Source of the DNA: Octopus sinensis
Lineage: Eukaryota
NCBI RefSeq assembly: GCF_006345805.1
Contig: NW_021827011.1
Coordinates: forward strand, 1-11,458
Reading direction: 5' to 3'
Length of the DNA stretch: 11,458 nucleotides
Each line of letters starts with the position of its first letter. Within the stretch, counting starts at the first letter, position 1. The position numbers and the translations under genes are program-made. This document shows, piece by piece, positions 7,497-11,458 of the stretch. A model generated the notes under the pieces. The model worked only from the letters and a program-made list of their open reading frames with translations, was not told the DNA's origin and did no database searches.

Positions 7497-7731
7497 GTTC
7501 CTTCTTGAGCCTTGCCAGGCTCATAAGGGCCGGTTTTCCGATTTCAGTGGCGTAGAAATTCCCCACCTGGACGGGACGCCGGTCCGTCGCAGGATTACTC
7601 ATTTTTACCGACTGAGTGGACTGGAACAACGTGAAATGAAGTGTTTTGCTCAAGAATATAACACATCGCCCGGTCCAGGAATGGAAACCACAACCTTATG
7701 ATCATGAGTTCGACACACTAAGCCACGCGCC
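7497..7731 (-). mobile_element. tRNA-derived SINE with CORE-like middle and V-domain-like segment
   Basis: Minus strand reads ggcgcgtggcttagtg..tgtcgaactcatgatcataaggttgtggtttccattcctggaccgggcg...ttgagcaaaacactt...cctgcgacggaccggcgtcccgtccagg. The last motif (7593-7566) resembles the V-SINE domain ctgcgatggactggcg.cc.gtccagg as I recall it. Confidence 0.82.
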
Positions 7732-8023
7732 GTCACATTATATGAGTTACTCTTCAACAAACCGATGAATACATTTATAAAAAAGTATAGCATCTGATAG
7801 CCCAATATTTATAGCATAGCAGAAATTGCGTTCCAAGAACTGCTTTACTTTTTCCAAGCGAAGGAAACATTTCAGATTAGATCACAAATCCTAATTAAGG
7901 CACAAATTGGAGTATTAGAGGCATAACTGAAATAATGATATTCAGTGGGTTTCACTAATCAATATAATTTCAAATTACACCCCTCCCCCACTCACATATA
8001 TACATATATAATTGTGTGTGTAC

Positions 8024-8024
<1 letters not shown>

Positions 8025-8092
<68 letters not shown>
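8025..8092. repeat. (TATC)17 perfect tetranucleotide (GATA-type) microsatellite
   Basis: Direct count: 68 bp. Confidence 0.97.
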
Positions 8093-8340
8093 AATATCTA
8101 TATATGTGTATGTGTGCGCGCGGGTATATATATATATAACGAGAAGCTTTATGAAAATAAACAAAAGACAAAGGCAGGTGGAATACAAACAAACAATTGT
8201 ATTAGTATGGCACTCAGGAATATAAATAAAACAAGTCTTTTACGTTTCGAGCCTTCGCTCTTCGACAGAAAGATACACAGAAAAGAAACACGGAGAGAAA
8301 CAAGGAGAGAAAAAAATGCGTGCAGAAGCTAGCGAATCAA

Positions 8341-8344
<4 letters not shown>

Positions 8345-8408
<64 letters not shown>

Positions 8409-8418
8409 ATAATATATA
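8345..8418. repeat. (TA)n microsatellite with a few interruptions
   Basis: Read directly from the sequence. Confidence 0.97.
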
Positions 8419-8434
8419 CACCACACATACATAT

Positions 8435-8745
8435 GTGAAAGCGCTCACAATCATGAAAAAGGGAGTTCGAATCCAGATCGGGCTGTGTGTTGTGCTCTTG
8501 AGCTCTCGAATAAGACTCTATTTCACATTGCTTCAGTTGAATCAGCTGTAGAAATGAGTTGTGATATCACTGGTGCCAAGCTGTATTGACCTTTGCTTTT
8601 CCCTTGGATAACATCGGTGACGTGGAGTGGGGAGGCTGGTATGCATGAACGACTGCTAATCTTCCATAAACAATCTTGCCTGGAATTGTTCCTCTACGGG
8701 CAATCCCCTGGTTATTTATGGTCGAAGGAGGTCTTTACCTTCATT
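8435..8745 (+). mobile_element. Decayed tRNA-derived SINE with A-box region apparently deleted
   Basis: gtgaaagcgc|tcacaatcatg...ggagttcgaatccagatcgggctgtgtgttgtgctcttgagc (B box present). The middle tatttcacattgcttcagttgaatcagctgtagaaatgag matches the 7497-7731 copy, while the 3' half differs. Confidence 0.72.
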
Positions 8746-8874
8746 ATACATACACATATACACTCAAGTATACATACATATATTTGTTTCCGCCCTTTCA
8801 ACAGCTCATCAAAATACAATGACAGTGTCCAATGATTTAATAGTGAAGCCCCATAAGTTCTACTGCATGTAATA

Positions 8875-8921
8875 TATGTATATGTATGTGTGTGTGCCTC
8901 TGTGTGTGTGTGTGTGTGTGC

Positions 8922-8955
<34 letters not shown>
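8875..8955. repeat. (TG)n microsatellite
   Basis: Read directly from the sequence. Confidence 0.96.
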
Positions 8956-8958
<3 letters not shown>

Positions 8959-8993
8959 ATATATAATATACATAATATATAAGTCTGTGAGAA

Positions 8994-9078
8994 GCAGAAT
9001 CGTTAGTACATCTGACAAAATGCGTAGCGGTATTTCGTCCATCTTTCAAATTCCACCGAGTTCGATTTTGCCTTCGGG
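8994..9078 (+). mobile_element. Decayed 5' fragment of the 6590-family SINE
   Basis: gcagaatcgttagtacatctgacaaaatgcgtagcggtatttcgtcc...aaattccaccgagttcgattttgccttcggg aligns to about 6602-6707 with internal deletions. Confidence 0.82.
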
Positions 9079-9100
9079 ACTTCAAGGATGGTGGGGGTTA

Positions 9101-9258
9101 GATGATACGATCAACTCCAGTACTTGACTGGTACTCTATTTTAATAGGGATGAAAAGCATATTTGACCACGTCGGGATTTGATATCAGAATGTTAATAAC
9201 TGGATGAAATACCCTTAAGCATTTTCTCCGCCGTGCTAATGATTCTGCTAATCCGTCG
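9101..9258 (-). mobile_element. Decayed inverted copy of the 6590-family SINE
   Basis: Minus strand reads gcagaatcattagcacggcggagaaaatgcttaagggtatttcatcc...cattctgatatcaaatcccgacgtggtc...agtaccagtcaagtactggagttgatc. Confidence 0.8.
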
Positions 9259-9284
9259 ATGACGGTGGTGATAATGATAGTTTA

Positions 9285-9711
9285 TTTTTTATCTTTTGCT
9301 TGTTTCAGTCTCTAGGTTGCGGTCATGCTGGAGCACCACCTTGAAGAATCGACCCAAATACTTATTTTTTGAGCCTGGTTCTTATTCTATCGTTTTTCTT
9401 TTTGTTTTGTTTTTTTGCCGAAGCGCTAAATTTTGAGGCCGTAAACATACTAACACCAGTTATCAAGCGGTGATGAGACACGAAGACACCCCACACATAT
9501 GTATGTATTTGTGCACGTACGTACGTGTGTGTGTGTGTGTGTGTGTGTTTGTTTTTTGTTTGTATATAGGCGAAGAGATTCTTTCAGTTTCACAAGGTTC
9601 TCATCGCTCCGAAGCTATAGTAGAAGAAACTGTCCAAGGTGCCACGTAGTGGGAATGAACCCAGAGCCATATGGTTCGGGAGAAAGTGTCTAACCACAGC
9701 TACGCCTGTAC
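9285..9711 (-). mobile_element. Old full-length copy of the bipartite CORE-type SINE
   Basis: ttgtttcagtc..tgcggtcatgctggagcaccacc (3' module), internal microsatellite at about 9490-9568, then ttctttcagtttc|acaagg (18-bp deletion relative to the 10054 copy), gctatagtagaaga..ccaaggtgccacgtagtggga.tgaaccc. Confidence 0.85.
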
Positions 9712-10053
9712 TTATAGTCTTTTGAAACAAAAGATATCATTTATATATAAACATGTCTCAGTTGACGAAGACTTCACCTGGCAAATTATTTTATTTGCTA
9801 AAAAAAAAGTCAGAAACCATGGTCCAGGAAATATATGGTAAATGTTTTTATTTTTCTGCATTTCTTGACTCTGTGTGTGTGTGCGTGTGTGTTTGTGTGA
9901 TAAATTATTCCTAATTAGTGGTTTGAACTTTAGCTGTTCCTTCTAGCGTAAAGGAGTCCTATGATGGATACCTCTTATTGTGTTTAAATCTACACTGTAT
10001 TTTATACGAATAATATATAGTCTATTGACTAATTTTTCTATACGTTAGGCCAC

Positions 10054-10477
10054 TCTCTTTACTCTTTTACTCTTTTAGTTGTTTCAGTCATTTGACTGCG
10101 GCCATGCTGGAGCACCGCCTTTAATCGAGCAACTCGACCCCGGGACTTATTCTTTGTAAGCCCAGTACTTATTCTATCGGTCTCCTTTTGCCGAACCACT
10201 AAGTGACGGGGACATAAACACACCAGCAGCGGTTGTCAAGCAATGCTAGGGGGACAAACACAGACACACAAACACATACACACAAACACACACATATATA
10301 TATATACATATATACGACGGACTTCTTTCAGTTTCCGTCTACCAAATCCACTCACAAGGCTTTGGTCGGCCCGAGGCTATAGTAGAAGACACCTGCCCAA
10401 GGTGCCACGCAGTGGGACTGAACCCGGAACCATGTGGTTGGTAAACAAGCTACTTACCACACAGCCACTCCTGCGCC
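10054..10477 (-). mobile_element. Full-length, apparently young copy of the bipartite CORE-type SINE
   Basis: Minus strand starts ggcgcaggagtggctgtgtggtaagtagc, has B box ggttcagtccc, CORE-like ggcaccttgggcagg, an internal microsatellite, a 3' hairpin cagtc-attt-gactg (10085-10098), and a (gagtaaaa)n tail. Confidence 0.94.
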
Positions 10478-10606
10478 ACTGGTAGTAAACATTTCTAAAA
10501 GCTTTATTCCCCTAATATTATTAATCATGTCTCAGCTGATGTAGATTAGAGAGAGCTTGCTCTTCGCCGGCTAAACAACATATCGCTCCAGTAATAACTT
10601 CATATA

Positions 10607-10823
10607 CGAAGGGGTGCTGAAAAGTTCCTGCCTTTAAGGCTATCACGAAAGACCTGGTTACAGGCCTAACCTTCCGAGTTCTTTTACAGGGCTTAAAAAA
10701 CCTGAAAGACCCCTGAAATAAATGTGTGGATCTGAGTAGGGAATATGTTGAACAAAATCATAATGAACTGATTCTCCTCTATTTTCTCTTACCCAAAACC
10801 AGGAAATTTTCAGTACCACCTCG
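10607..10823 (+). mobile_element. 217-bp mariner (Tc1/mariner) deletion derivative / MITE
   Basis: TA at 10605-10606 and 10824-10825. 29-bp TIRs cgaaggggtgctgaaaagttcctgccttt versus reverse complement cgaggtggtactgaaaatttcctggtttt (6 mismatches). 10681-10755 translates LLQGLKNLKDP*NKCVDLSREYVEQ, matching the mariner C-terminal motif G..kL..RW.KCv...GeYvE. Confidence 0.9.
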
Positions 10824-10987
10824 TACACAAGATAACCTCTAAAAGAATCACAACGGCAACAACCAAAACATCAACAGCGACAGCAGTAATACTCATTGCC
10901 ATATCCCCATATCACAAAATTCGTCACTGTATGACTACAATCAACAAGTGCACAAAATAAAACAAACGCAAACGGAATCAAAATTAC

Positions 10988-11016
10988 CATCATCATCATC
11001 ATTATCATTATTATTA

Positions 11017-11060
<44 letters not shown>

Positions 11061-11210
11061 TATTATTATTATTATTATTACTGCTGATGGTGGTGGGGAT
11101 GATGGTGTGGTAGTGGAGGTGGTAGTCGTGGTAGTCGTGGTTGTCGTGGTGTTACTATTACTGTGGTCAACACAATCATCATCATCATCATCATCATCAC
11201 CATAATAATC

Positions 11211-11242
<32 letters not shown>

Positions 11243-11401
11243 CAACATCGTCATCATCATCGTCATCATCATGATCACCATCATCATCATCATCATCATG
11301 ATCACCATCATCATCATCATCATCATCATCATCACCATCATCATCATCATTATTATTATTATTATTGTTATTGTTTATTATTATTATTTGGTTTATTATT
11401 A

Positions 11402-11433
<32 letters not shown>

Positions 11434-11458
11434 GTTATTATTGTTATTATTATTATTG
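10988..11458. repeat. Compound (ATC)n/(ATT)n/(GTG)n trinucleotide microsatellites
   Basis: Read directly from the sequence. It is the source of the poly-Leu and poly-Met ORFs and continues to the window end. Confidence 0.96.

Noticed and set aside
9778-9837. Possible 20-nt minus-strand micro-exon (9778-9797) and plus-strand aaaccATGG...G|gtaaat start exon (9819-9837)
   Set aside because: These are short signals expected by chance in AT-rich DNA, with no partner exons or recognisable peptide.
10948-11350. Poly-Leu/Val and poly-Met ORFs
   Set aside because: They are translations of (ATT)n, (GTG)n and (ATC)n microsatellites.

Overview
This is an 11.5 kb eukaryotic, repeat-dominated window that looks intronic or intergenic. 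I find no intact protein-coding gene, and nearly all ORFs in the six-frame track are artefacts of microsatellites. The SINE families and the very high density of (CA)n/(TA)n/(GGT)n/(AAC)n/(ATC)n tracts resemble what I recall from octopod (Octopus) genomes; this is recognition, not a database result. Contents: (i) a degenerate CpG-rich pentamer satellite at 1-596; (ii) about 12 full or partial tRNA-derived SINE copies from about five families that share modules; (iii) a pogo/Tigger transposase N-terminal remnant at 4619-4768; (iv) a 217-bp mariner deletion derivative with TIRs, TA target duplication and a transposase C-terminal remnant at 10607-10823; (v) several short diverged local duplications, one of which preserves the empty site of a SINE insertion; (vi) one candidate 132-nt minus-strand exon at 5827-5958 with good splice signals but an internal TGA. 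Nothing here is a demonstrated new system. The best leads are the candidate exon bracketed by inverted SINEs, the bipartite microsatellite-carrying SINE, and module sharing or self-targeting among SINE families.
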